From IMG/VR virus record IMGVR_UViG_2718217807_000001: a stretch of 64,000 nt of DNA; one strand, 5' to 3'. Every line of letters starts with the position of its first letter. Position 1 is the first letter of the stretch. Shown here piece by piece: positions 19,349 through 27,763 of this stretch. The DNA is from a virus (taxonomy: Duplodnaviria > Heunggongvirae > Uroviricota > Caudoviricetes). Position numbers and translations under genes: made by a program. The notes beneath the pieces are model-generated. The model searched no databases, was not told the DNA's origin, and saw only the letters and a list, made by a program, of their open reading frames with translations.

Positions 19349-20676
19349 TGGAGAAGCTGATTGCCCTGCGTGGAAAACTGGACGCCATCAAAGAGATGGG
19401 AACCAACGCCAAGAAAGCAGCCCTTGCTGAGCTGGACTCGTTCGAGCAAAGCATGGTGTCAATGATGCTTAACCCATTCATCCGATTCGGGGTGAAGAAA
19501 TACAGCGTCGTAGAGCCAGCGCTTGAGAACAAAATTGCTGACGAAGACGCTATTCAGATCCTGAACTCTTTGGCCTGTCGTCAGCTTACCGGTGGCAGCG
19601 CGATTGCGGTGGTAGAGCAAGCAATTTCAGATATGACGGAAGAGGGGCAAGACGTATTCCGCCGCTTCCTGCTTAAAGATCCGAAAGCCGGCATCGGAAT
19701 CAGCCTGTGTAATAAAATTTTCGAAAACCCGATACCGGTGTTCGAGGTGCAGCTGGCGACGTCGTACAAAGAGAAAGGCGACAAGTACCCGTTCAAGGAA
19801 AACCCGAAAGCCAAGTTCCCGATGATTGCCAGTCTCAAGCTGGACGGTATGCGCGTCATTGCGGAAGTGATTGTCGACGAGGAAGAGGTTAACTTCCTGT
19901 CCAGAACCGGCAACCCTATAACGTCGCTTGACCACCTGAAGCCAGCAGTATTGGATCTCGCACGTCGAACACCTCACAAGCACATCTTCTTCGACGGCGA
20001 AGCGACTGCAGGCTCGTTTAATGCTTCTGTGTCAGCGCTGCGCAAGAAGAACGTTAAGGCGGTCGGCGCGGTGTTCCATGTCTTCGATTACTTCCTGCCA
20101 GAATGGAAGGCGATCGCTAAAACGAAGGAGTACAAAAAGACTGGTCGCAAGCTCAAAGACCGCCATATCGATTTGTGCAGCTGGACTAACTGGAAGTGCC
20201 GCCCGGACAACGAGTACAAAAACGACGTGCGTCTGCATCCGTTCCAGCTAGTGCATAGTCATAAAGAGTTTATCGATCTCTTCATGCAGGCTCTGGACGA
20301 CAACGAAGAGGGTTTCATGGGTAAAGATCCGTTCTCAGCCTATGAATTTAAGCGAACCAAAAGCTGGTGGAAGATGAAGGATGAGAATGAGGCTGATGGC
20401 GAGATCGTCGGATTCTTACCGGGCGACCCGGATGCCGGATTCGCACATACTCTTGGCAAAATCGTTGTTCGCCTGGAGGATGGGACTGAGGTGCGTGCGT
20501 CAGGTCTAAAGCACCGGTATCTCGATGAGATCTGGCTGAATCAGGACAAATACATGGGGCGTATTGTGAAGGTTAACTTCCACGAATACACGCCAGACGG
20601 CAGTCTGCGCCACCCACGCCTGAAATGGCCATCTTGTCTTCGTGATACTGAAAGCCGAATTGGAGACAAGGAATGA
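19348..20676 (+). CDS. ATP-dependent DNA ligase
   Basis: Adenylation motif I KLDGMR (lysine nucleophile). 442 aa. Confidence 0.75.
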   Translation: MEKLIALRGKLDAIKEMGTNAKKAALAELDSFEQSMVSMMLNPFIRFGVKKYSVVEPALENKIADEDAIQILNSLACRQLTGGSAIAVVEQAISDMTEEGQDVFRRFLLKDPKAGIGISLCNKIFENPIPVFEVQLATSYKEKGDKYPFKENPKAKFPMIASLKLDGMRVIAEVIVDEEEVNFLSRTGNPITSLDHLKPAVLDLARRTPHKHIFFDGEATAGSFNASVSALRKKNVKAVGAVFHVFDYFLPEWKAIAKTKEYKKTGRKLKDRHIDLCSWTNWKCRPDNEYKNDVRLHPFQLVHSHKEFIDLFMQALDDNEEGFMGKDPFSAYEFKRTKSWWKMKDENEADGEIVGFLPGDPDAGFAHTLGKIVVRLEDGTEVRASGLKHRYLDEIWLNQDKYMGRIVKVNFHEYTPDGSLRHPRLKWPSCLRDTESRIGDKE

Positions 20677-20888
20677 TCAAGTTGACCAAGCGAGAGCGTG
20701 ACACGCTGCGCGAAATAAACCAGTGGGAGGCGTTCTACGAACACTGGCGCCCGATGACTCGTGCAAAGCTGGAGCGAATGGGGTTCGTTGAAAACGTAGC
20801 TGATGAAGGTCAGCAAAAGAATTTTAAACTGACGGACAAGGGAACAACTGTTCTATCTGAACTTATCATTGCAGGGGCTTTTAATTGA
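20673..20888 (+). CDS. Hypothetical small protein
   Basis: 71 aa. Start overlaps the ligase stop (ATGA). Confidence 0.4.
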   Translation: MIKLTKRERDTLREINQWEAFYEHWRPMTRAKLERMGFVENVADEGQQKNFKLTDKGTTVLSELIIAGAFN

Positions 20889-21042
20889 TCCCATACATTT
20901 TGATGGGTGCTATCGCCGGCTTCATTGCCGGCGCTACCATAGCCCATGACTTGATTAAGCAGGAAATCAAAACAGGCGTTGTCCGACTCGGTCGACGTGT
21001 ATACCGGGTAGTTCACTCAACGGATGTAAGGAACGTAAAAAA

Positions 21043-21294
21043 ATGACCGACTACATAGTTGCCATCATCTCGCTGGTCTGCATCTTCTACACCGTCACGA
21101 AGATTGTTGGGTATAGCATCGATGTCTTTGTTGCGAAGTTCGTTGCCACTGATGCGAAGCTGGAGAAAACGGTATCGAGCTTGATCAGCTTAACTGCGCT
21201 GCGCTGGGGCAGCATTGAAGATAATAGAAATTATACTGTAAAAACAAATGGTTACGTTATCATTGTTAAAAAAAATACGGATAAGGATAAATAA
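21043..21294 (+). CDS. Hypothetical small membrane protein
   Basis: 83 aa with an N-terminal hydrophobic helix. Confidence 0.35.
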   Translation: MTDYIVAIISLVCIFYTVTKIVGYSIDVFVAKFVATDAKLEKTVSSLISLTALRWGSIEDNRNYTVKTNGYVIIVKKNTDKDK

Positions 21295-21994
21295 GCGTTT
21301 ACTTATCTATAAGAAATCAATAAGATTAACTCGTTTTCGACGTTAAGCGACTTTGCGGCCTTTAAGAAACTGACCATAAAAGTAAATGCAAACGACAATG
21401 TAGTTCTGATGGCGGCTTAACAGCCTATAAATCAGTGAGGTCTTCCGATTCCTCATTATCAAATTCGGCGCACTGATCCGGTGTGATTACGAATGGATAG
21501 CAGAGACTTACTGGTGAACCGGCGATACTGACCCACTAGCCCGTAACCATCGATAGAGTCAGACGGTGAGTCTCTGCGCACGTTTTAGCTGTTTGGGTGG
21601 TTAGACACATTCCACCAACCATGTCCCGGTTTCAGTTCGTGACTGACCGCCCAAACAGCTGCGTCGTGTGTGATTACTTTATGTCTCATTTCAACTTGGG
21701 TTAATTTGAAATTGCGACGCAGCGCCTTTCTCAAAGTTGAGCAGAGGACTTTGAGAAAGTGCGTGCTTACGATCGGACTTTCTTCTGCCATTGACAGTCT
21801 TCTTCAACGACTTGATATGTTGACCATAAGCCCAGCCGGAGGTGGCGTGATAACACCGGCAGATTGAGATGTTTGTCTAAGGAAAGAGGTTTCATACATG
21901 GGAGCCTCCGATCTCACCTCCAGACCATCAGACATGCCTCCGCTGTTTGATGACAGGCTCAATCCGTTTCCTCTTTACGATAAAAGAGGTGCAA

Positions 21995-22076
21995 GCGAAC
22001 AAAGCAGTTAGGTTACTGCGACCGAGGAAGGCGCCTGAGTCGGTAGAGAGTGGTTCGAGTCCACTTGTTCGCGCCA
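21995..22076 (+). ncRNA. tRNA-like element (acceptor stem, D-arm, GGTTCGAGTCC T-arm, CCA end). Non-canonical oversized anticodon region.
   Basis: A 7-bp acceptor GCGAACA/TGTTCGC, D-stem GCAG/CTGC, T-stem AGTGG/CCACT with loop TTCGAGT and a 3' GCCA can all be drawn. The region between the D and T arms is 28 nt, so no standard anticodon arm fits. Confidence 0.3.
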
Positions 22077-22161
22077 ATCTAAAGGGCTTTTGCGAGAGTC
22101 TTTCAGATTGGCCCGGGAGCAGAGAAGACGCCTTAGCGCAAAGGACGGTCTTTGGGAGGTT

Positions 22162-22241
22162 GCCCTTAGTTTGCTCGCAGCTGGTGGAGACGCGTTGAAG
22201 CCAGCTGTTAATCATAGGTTCGAATCCTGTGACGGGCGCCA
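22162..22241 (+). ncRNA. Second tRNA-like element (GGTTCGAATCC T-loop + CCA), non-canonical
   Basis: T-arm ATAGG-TTCGAAT-CCTGT followed by 7 nt + GCCA. A 7-bp stem CAGCTGG/CCAGCTG encloses a 16-nt loop. The acceptor pairing is imperfect. Confidence 0.25.
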
Positions 22242-22441
22242 AATCTAAGACGATGTGATTCCATACATCTCTTAGTGTCGAGGCCAAAATGGTGCGGCCA
22301 TCAACCGCATAAACAGCCATTATGCCCGAGCCACAAGCCTCGTCTGGCACTAACGTAAAGTGCAAGTAGCGTGAAATTCAGGTAGTGCGACCAGAAAAGT
22401 AACGCTGCGAACCATACAAATAAACTACAAAGAGAAAACAC

Positions 22442-23053
22442 ATGTCTGAAGTCAAAAAAGTCATTACCGTAGCAGAACGCTCCACTAAAGCACTGGTTAA
22501 AGTTGTAGCTGACGGCCAGAAGCTGTTTTCTGAACTGGCGTCTCTGTCTCAGTCCACTGTTTTACTGACCGAAGAAATCGAATTTAAGCAGGGTCAACTG
22601 GCTGATATCGACAACCAGATCGCGGCAACCGAGCGTGAAGCAAAGGCCCAGCTGCGTTTGCGCGTTATCGAAAATGAAGATAAGGTTCTTGCTGAGCTGA
22701 TGCGTTCTCGCGGTTATGCAGTAATCTCTCACGTTGAGCTGGATGCGCTGAACTCTGATCTGGTTGCGGCCAAGACTGACAACGACTTTGCAGTATCCGA
22801 AGCACGTGAAGCCGGCTACCAGGCTGCGGCTTCTAAGTACAGTGCAGAGAACCGTGAACTGATGTCTCAGCACAAGGTTGAACTGGCAGAGCATAAAGCC
22901 CAGGCAACCGCTAAAAACCAGCGTATCGGCGACCTGGAAGCACAGGTTACTGAACTGCGTGACCAGATCACCGCAGAGCGCGATACTCGTTTGGAGATTG
23001 CTCGTGCCGATGCTGGCCGCGCAGGTGTTGTGGTTAACGCCGGCAAGAACTAA
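22442..23053 (+). CDS. Coiled-coil protein, function unknown
   Basis: 203 aa, highly helical and charged. Preceded by AGAGAAAACACATG. Confidence 0.5.
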   Translation: MSEVKKVITVAERSTKALVKVVADGQKLFSELASLSQSTVLLTEEIEFKQGQLADIDNQIAATEREAKAQLRLRVIENEDKVLAELMRSRGYAVISHVELDALNSDLVAAKTDNDFAVSEAREAGYQAAASKYSAENRELMSQHKVELAEHKAQATAKNQRIGDLEAQVTELRDQITAERDTRLEIARADAGRAGVVVNAGKN

Positions 23054-23163
23054 CCACAGTCGTAGCCTCTTCGGAGGCTACAGCTGAAAGCTTTATAAGC
23101 TATTGGGCTTTCAGCTGTACTTCGACCCACAGCACTCTTTTTTTGCTTCACACCCCCCCCCCA

Positions 23164-23190
23164 AAGGAGCCGCAAGGCTCCTTTTTTATT
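23164..23190 (+). terminator. Rho-independent terminator
   Basis: GGAGCC-GCAA-GGCTCC followed by TTTTTTA. Preceded by further hairpins at 23062-23119. Confidence 0.65.
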
Positions 23191-23262
23191 GCCAAATTTA
23201 ACTAAGTGTATCAATATGAAACAGCATATCAGTCGGGATTTTTATAAAAAATAAGGAAAATT

Positions 23263-23733
23263 ATGTTAAGGCGTGCGGTGCTTTTATTACCTATTTTGTT
23301 CTCGATACCTGCTGCAAATGCTTTGGATGCGAATTATGAAAACTGTCTAAAGAAAACATCTAGCAGAGGGGATGTAGATGGATTCAGAAGCTGCGTAATT
23401 AGCCACATTAACAAGGGGAATACAAACAGAGTATTGCCCAATGGGTTAATTTTAAAAAATATTAGCCATTCAAACGGATTTTTAATAAAGAATTTGAAGA
23501 TAGAAGGCATAAAGTATGAGAAAGGTGATCCAGACTCCGAGCGTGCAAAGGCTAGTTTTATTGAATCTGTAGAAAGCACAAATGAAAGAGCTATTCAGAT
23601 TCATGCATACTGTGTAACTCTCGCAAAAGAATACAGAAAAATATTTAATGATGGCGCAATGATAAGATACTACGACCAGCGTGACAGGGTCATATACACC
23701 TCTTATGTGAAAAGTCGAGAATGTAATCCCTAA
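23263..23733 (+). CDS. Secreted hypothetical protein (AT-rich moron)
   Basis: Signal peptide ending ANA|LD. 156 aa. Low GC. Confidence 0.45.
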   Translation: MLRRAVLLLPILFSIPAANALDANYENCLKKTSSRGDVDGFRSCVISHINKGNTNRVLPNGLILKNISHSNGFLIKNLKIEGIKYEKGDPDSERAKASFIESVESTNERAIQIHAYCVTLAKEYRKIFNDGAMIRYYDQRDRVIYTSYVKSRECNP

Positions 23734-23812
23734 ACCCAGAAATAAGTAATGACTTACCTACTAATTAACTATATGATTCCTTTCTAAACATAACCATTTG
23801 AAGGGAATCATA

Positions 23813-24349
23813 ATGGATTCATCAAACAAGCAAACGCTTAAACTGCCGAAATACCAAAGCATCAAAATCGTCGAAGCGGCCGAGATTTTCAAAATCGAAA
23901 AAAAGACGCTAATGGTGTCTTTTCGCAAGCATGTGGCCAAAATTGAAGTCGACCAGTCTTATCTAGATAAACACAAGCCGGAAGTTGGCGGATATTTTGT
24001 TCGCTACGAAGACGGCTACGAATCCTTTTCTCCAAAGGGGCCATTTGAAAGCGGTTATTTGTCGGTCGATCTGGGAGAGTTCTTCCCCGACGTAGAATTA
24101 CCATTTTCTTACGCTCTGGAAGCATTGAAGGAAGGCGTTGCTGTCGCCCGGAAAGGCTGGAACGGAAAGGCTATGCACCTGCGCCTGGTCGATAGCAAGC
24201 ACTACGACGTTGGCAATGGAATTGCTCGCGACCTGGAGCTGGCATCATGGATCGGTATGAAGACGGCAGACGGAAAATTCGTACCGTGGCTGGCATCCCA
24301 GACTGATATTCTGGCCGAGGATTGGGTGATTTTGGGGATGGCTCCATGA
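23813..24349 (+). CDS. Hypothetical protein
   Basis: About 178-aa ORF. Confidence 0.45.
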   Translation: MDSSNKQTLKLPKYQSIKIVEAAEIFKIEKKTLMVSFRKHVAKIEVDQSYLDKHKPEVGGYFVRYEDGYESFSPKGPFESGYLSVDLGEFFPDVELPFSYALEALKEGVAVARKGWNGKAMHLRLVDSKHYDVGNGIARDLELASWIGMKTADGKFVPWLASQTDILAEDWVILGMAP

Positions 24350-24591
24350 AAGATCAACACACCAAAATTAAAGGCTATCGTGACCTGTCCGCCGAAGAAA
24401 TTGCGCTGATGAACGAAGGCAAAGAACTAGCCCAGAAAGTCGGCGGGTTTGTAGAGAAGCTGGAAGCCGCAGAGTTCGCGAAAAGCAATCTTCAGGTCCC
24501 GGATAAGCGTTGGCTTGCCATCGGAAAAACTGATCTGCAGAAAGGCTTTATGGCCGTTATTCGCAGCATCGCAAAACCAACGACTTTTTAA
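24346..24591 (+). CDS. Hypothetical small protein
   Basis: 81 aa. Start overlaps the upstream stop (ATGA). Confidence 0.4.
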   Translation: MKDQHTKIKGYRDLSAEEIALMNEGKELAQKVGGFVEKLEAAEFAKSNLQVPDKRWLAIGKTDLQKGFMAVIRSIAKPTTF

Positions 24592-24602
24592 AGGGAATTA
24601 AA

Positions 24603-24848
24603 ATGAAAATTACTATCTATGGGAAGGATAATTGTTCTTTCTGCAAACGTGCTGTTGAGCTTTCTAAGCAGTTGAAGTCACAGGGACATGGCGACTTCGA
24701 GTATATTGACATCGTTGCTTCTGGTATCGATGCAACAGCGCTGGGAGAGCTTGTAGGAAAGCCAGTGCGAACAGTCCCGCAAATCTTCGTCGACGGTGAG
24801 CCGATTGGCGGATACACTGAGTTGGCGGTCTTCGCCTCCATATCATAA
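24603..24848 (+). CDS. Glutaredoxin (NrdH/NrdC-like)
   Basis: CSFC active site near the N-terminus. 81 aa with a thioredoxin-fold pattern. PxxFxxG. Confidence 0.7.
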   Translation: MKITIYGKDNCSFCKRAVELSKQLKSQGHGDFEYIDIVASGIDATALGELVGKPVRTVPQIFVDGEPIGGYTELAVFASIS

Positions 24849-24880
24849 CAATAAGGGGCCAACTGGCCCCTTATTGTTAT
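24847..24880. terminator. Perfect 13-bp stem hairpin (ACAATAAGGGGCC-AACT-GGCCCCTTATTGT), likely a terminator
   Basis: Lies immediately after the glutaredoxin stop. Confidence 0.55.
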
Positions 24881-25061
24881 GATATGGACACCCTTTCTGT
24901 ATACCCTTAATGATAAGAAATGAATCAGTCATATAACGTTCTGATATATCTATACATCTTGGGGATAGTTTTGATAAGCTGTTATTATACTAAACAACCT
25001 TATAATGCGGCATTTTTATATAATTCATACATATTTCAGTTAATTAACAAGGAGTGGTGAA

Positions 25062-25397
25062 GTGGAAAGTCATTCGTATACAGAGTGGGGTGAAATCTTT
25101 GCCAAGCGTATAGCACGCTGCAAAGATGGAGATGATCGCCTGTTAGAACTAGCTAATATTTGGAGTGACATTCAGCGGTTAACGACTAATGGTAAGCCTT
25201 TGAATGAAAGTCAAAAGAACCGCATACTTCAGGAGCTTAAAAAGGCTCTTGAGAAACTTGGCTATGATGTTTCGCACCTTACTCTTGAAGACTATAAGGG
25301 TACAGAAGATTACCAGGAGTTATTGAAGAGTGGTTCAATCAGCAATGATGAGCTTCGCGAAATGATGAGAATGGTAGCAAAGGGACCAAAACCATGA
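25062..25397 (+). CDS. Hypothetical protein (AT-rich)
   Basis: GTG start preceded by an AAGGAG RBS. 111 aa. Confidence 0.4.
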   Translation: MESHSYTEWGEIFAKRIARCKDGDDRLLELANIWSDIQRLTTNGKPLNESQKNRILQELKKALEKLGYDVSHLTLEDYKGTEDYQELLKSGSISNDELREMMRMVAKGPKP

Positions 25398-25909
25398 GTG
25401 AGCATACAGTAGATTACATTGCTATTGCGATTTCAATCGGCGCTTTGATTGTTTCAGGATACTCAGCAATTCAGTATCGCAAAGCCAACTCAATCGCCAA
25501 AAAAGCACTGGACAAGACTGATAGTGCCATTAACATACAACAGTCCGCTTTAAAATTGCAGGAAGCAGCATTGGAAAACCAGATCACCAATTCTATCGGC
25601 ATGGCAAGTAAGGAGATCCGTGAGGCAGTACTAGCCTTATCGAATGTTACGACTGAATCATCAAACTATGATTTCTTTCAAAAAAATTTAAGGTCAGCGC
25701 AGGAAGCATGGTTAAATGCACACGATCAAGCATGCATGAGCTACCGCGAAGGAAAACTGAACAAAGAAACGTTCAAAAAAACCTATCTGGTTCCTATCAG
25801 GAACATTTTTGAAGACAAAGAATTCCAGCATTTCTTTAATCCACCTGATACCTCAAACTACCCATCAATCATTCACGTATATCGCGAATGGGTAACATCA
25901 CAACGATAA
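25394..25909 (+). CDS. Hypothetical protein with an N-terminal TM helix
   Basis: 171 aa. Overlapping ATGA start. Confidence 0.4.
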   Translation: MSEHTVDYIAIAISIGALIVSGYSAIQYRKANSIAKKALDKTDSAINIQQSALKLQEAALENQITNSIGMASKEIREAVLALSNVTTESSNYDFFQKNLRSAQEAWLNAHDQACMSYREGKLNKETFKKTYLVPIRNIFEDKEFQHFFNPPDTSNYPSIIHVYREWVTSQR

Positions 25910-26089
25910 TTTCAGGGCCAGTTTCGCCCCTCAAGTTCCGATAATATTGGCAGATCCGAGAGACTGATTGTTTCTTTGAAATGGCCATCGATTACAATCA
26001 AGAGCCAACTAAGACACAATCTCTTAATGAGTATTAATAGTTGGGGGCGCTATTTCGTGAAAAGGATAAGTTCGGATTTGTTAAATAGT

Positions 26090-26110
26090 AAAGCCTCTTT
26101 CGAGGCTTTA
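26090..26110. terminator. Putative bidirectional terminator hairpin
   Basis: AAAGCCTC-TTTC-GAGGCTTT lying between convergent gene sets. Confidence 0.4.
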
Positions 26111-26221
26111 CTTTAGGCTTTAGACAGAAGCTTCTCTTTACCTTTTCTCTGAAAAAAGTCATGAGTTTCTTTCATACGAGCCGCTTTCAACCGAAGAGCC
26201 TCTTCCAGTGTCAGAGGTTCT

Positions 26222-26719
26222 TTACGAGTTTTCTTTGGTTTTAAATTCAATGACATACCCTCTTCCTCCTGGTTCTAAATGAGTGTGGATCTTATCGATT
26301 CTGTCGCTAAATTCATGTCTTAACTTCATTAGCGTTCGCATGTAAAGCCGTGACAGAGCTGGCGAGTACGCCAAGAACGTATAACAATATGGCCTATGCC
26401 TATTGTAGTGGTAGATGATAGCACGGTCAATTATTGTACCAAGCTTGTTCGGGTCGTAAGACTTCGGTGGTTCGAACGAGGTGCCTTTTTTGATGTTGCT
26501 GACGAGGTCGAAGGCGATTTCGTAACATCCACCCATTTGATTCAGGAGTGTCGGCCGGACTCCAGTGAGAATGCCGTCCGGGATCTCTAAAAGAGAGTCA
26601 TCATAATCAACAATTTCGTTGAAGTGTACTTCATATACTTCAGGTGGGGTACCTACGGTATACAACATGCGATGCCGACCGTCAGGCATTAAGGCCTGCA
26701 ACTTGCTGAACATATGCAT
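26222..26719 (-). CDS. Hypothetical protein, paralog A of the minus-strand island
   Basis: 165 aa. Shares the blocks FEPP/FEKPPG, (Y/L)TF(L/E)AYS(P/A)(A/E)L(S/N)R(L/V)Y and H(L/I)E..G.YVI with the 26999-27490 protein. Confidence 0.5.
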   Translation of the reverse strand: MHMFSKLQALMPDGRHRMLYTVGTPPEVYEVHFNEIVDYDDSLLEIPDGILTGVRPTLLNQMGGCYEIAFDLVSNIKKGTSFEPPKSYDPNKLGTIIDRAIIYHYNRHRPYCYTFLAYSPALSRLYMRTLMKLRHEFSDRIDKIHTHLEPGGRGYVIEFKTKENS

Positions 26720-26825
26720 AATGATTGCTTATAAGTCTTATGAAACATGTGCAGGAAGGGATACCATTTCCGCAGAGAATCATTGCTTCGGAAGAAGAAT
26801 GCGCTTGGTCTTGATAAATGGTAAA

Positions 26826-26856
26826 CAAAAGGCTCCCATTGGGAGCCCTTTTCGTT
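26826..26856. terminator. Bidirectional terminator hairpin
   Basis: AAAAGGCTCCC-ATT-GGGAGCCCTTTT. Confidence 0.55.
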
Positions 26857-26868
26857 TAGCTGATTGAA

Positions 26869-26994
26869 TCAGACAGCAATCGGCTTAGTCACAACCTGCC
26901 CGTTCTGCTCAGCTTTCTTCTTAGCCTGCAGGAAACGCTGGATCATATCGTTCTTCTGAGCGCGGATTGCGTCGTAATTGATGTTCTTGTTCAT
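26869..26994 (-). CDS. 41-aa basic helical micro-protein (MNKNINYDAIRAQKNDMIQRFLQAKKKAEQNGQVVTKPIAV)
   Basis: Not in the supplied ORF track (<60 aa). Starts 5 nt downstream of the stop of the 26999-27490 gene on the same strand. Confidence 0.35.
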   Translation of the reverse strand: MNKNINYDAIRAQKNDMIQRFLQAKKKAEQNGQVVTKPIAV

Positions 26995-26998
26995 TTTC

Positions 26999-27490
26999 TC
27001 AGTTACTCGTCCGTATAACATAGCAAGCCCCCTCAATGTGTACTATCAGGTTCTTGTCCTGTGCATACTTCCTAACAAGTCGGTTATAGACTCGGTTCAG
27101 TTCTGCTGAGTATGCTTCAAATGTCAAAACTTGGATGCGTTCAGTTTCGGATATTCGAAGAATAATGTCAATTAGTGTTCTGTAAAGGTACTGCATCTCC
27201 GAAGGGTTCAGATCTGGCGCACCAGGTGGTTTCTCAAACATTGAATCACAAGCTTCATTGCTTTCGGCCTCGATGTTGTAAAAACTCACTACACTTATTG
27301 ATAGTGTAGCAAGTTCTGCACCAAAAAGTTGATTCAAGGTGCCATTTTCAGATTGGTCTTCGGCACAGAAAACTAACCTGAATGTAATCTGCCTGGTTTC
27401 ATCGCCTGAAAAAGTGAAGCAAACATCCGTATACTTAAAAACCTCAAAACCTTGCAATTCATCGTGCAAGATTTCGTGAAAATGCTTCAT
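26999..27490 (-). CDS. Hypothetical protein, paralog B of the minus-strand island
   Basis: 163 aa. Conserved blocks shared with 26222-26719. Confidence 0.5.
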   Translation of the reverse strand: MKHFHEILHDELQGFEVFKYTDVCFTFSGDETRQITFRLVFCAEDQSENGTLNQLFGAELATLSISVVSFYNIEAESNEACDSMFEKPPGAPDLNPSEMQYLYRTLIDIILRISETERIQVLTFEAYSAELNRVYNRLVRKYAQDKNLIVHIEGACYVIRTSN

Positions 27491-27646
27491 ATCTTTCTCT
27501 CTAAGATTAAGACTAATTGCTGAGAGGGTGGAAAAGTTGTAGTCATTCTACAGCAAAATTAAAGGGATGGGAGTAGTTCCGCACAGTTTTGCAAATCACT
27601 AAAAGATATACGCAAAAAAATTTAGTTTCCATTAAAACGCCCTTTT

Positions 27647-27677
27647 GTGATTCCATACTATATAAGTATGGAATCAC
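27647..27677. promoter_or_regulatory. Perfect 13-bp-arm palindrome GTGATTCCATACT-ATATA-AGTATGGAATCAC. Candidate operator.
   Basis: Located in the divergent intergenic region between the minus-strand island and the recombinase gene. Confidence 0.4.
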
Positions 27678-27708
27678 AGTGAAAAAGAGGGTACATTGCC
27701 GTTGACCG

Positions 27709-27732
27709 ATACAGTTAAATACAGTTAAATAC
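27709..27732. repeat. Tandem direct repeat ACAGTTAAAT x2
   Basis: Immediately upstream of the recombinase GTG start. Confidence 0.5.
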
Positions 27733-27763
27733 TGTTTATTCATACAGTGTTACGGAGGCGCAA

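Noticed and set aside
21995-22241. Calling the two T-arm/CCA elements as bona fide tRNA genes
   Set aside because: Acceptor, D and T arms can be drawn for the first, but both require 14-16-nt anticodon loops. I could not assign an anticodon, so they are reported only as tRNA-like.
26113-26256. 47-aa minus-strand ORF (MSLNLKPKKTRKEPLTLEEALRLKAARMKE…)
   Set aside because: It overlaps the last 35 nt of the 26222-26719 gene in another frame and has no clear RBS. It may be real but the evidence is insufficient.
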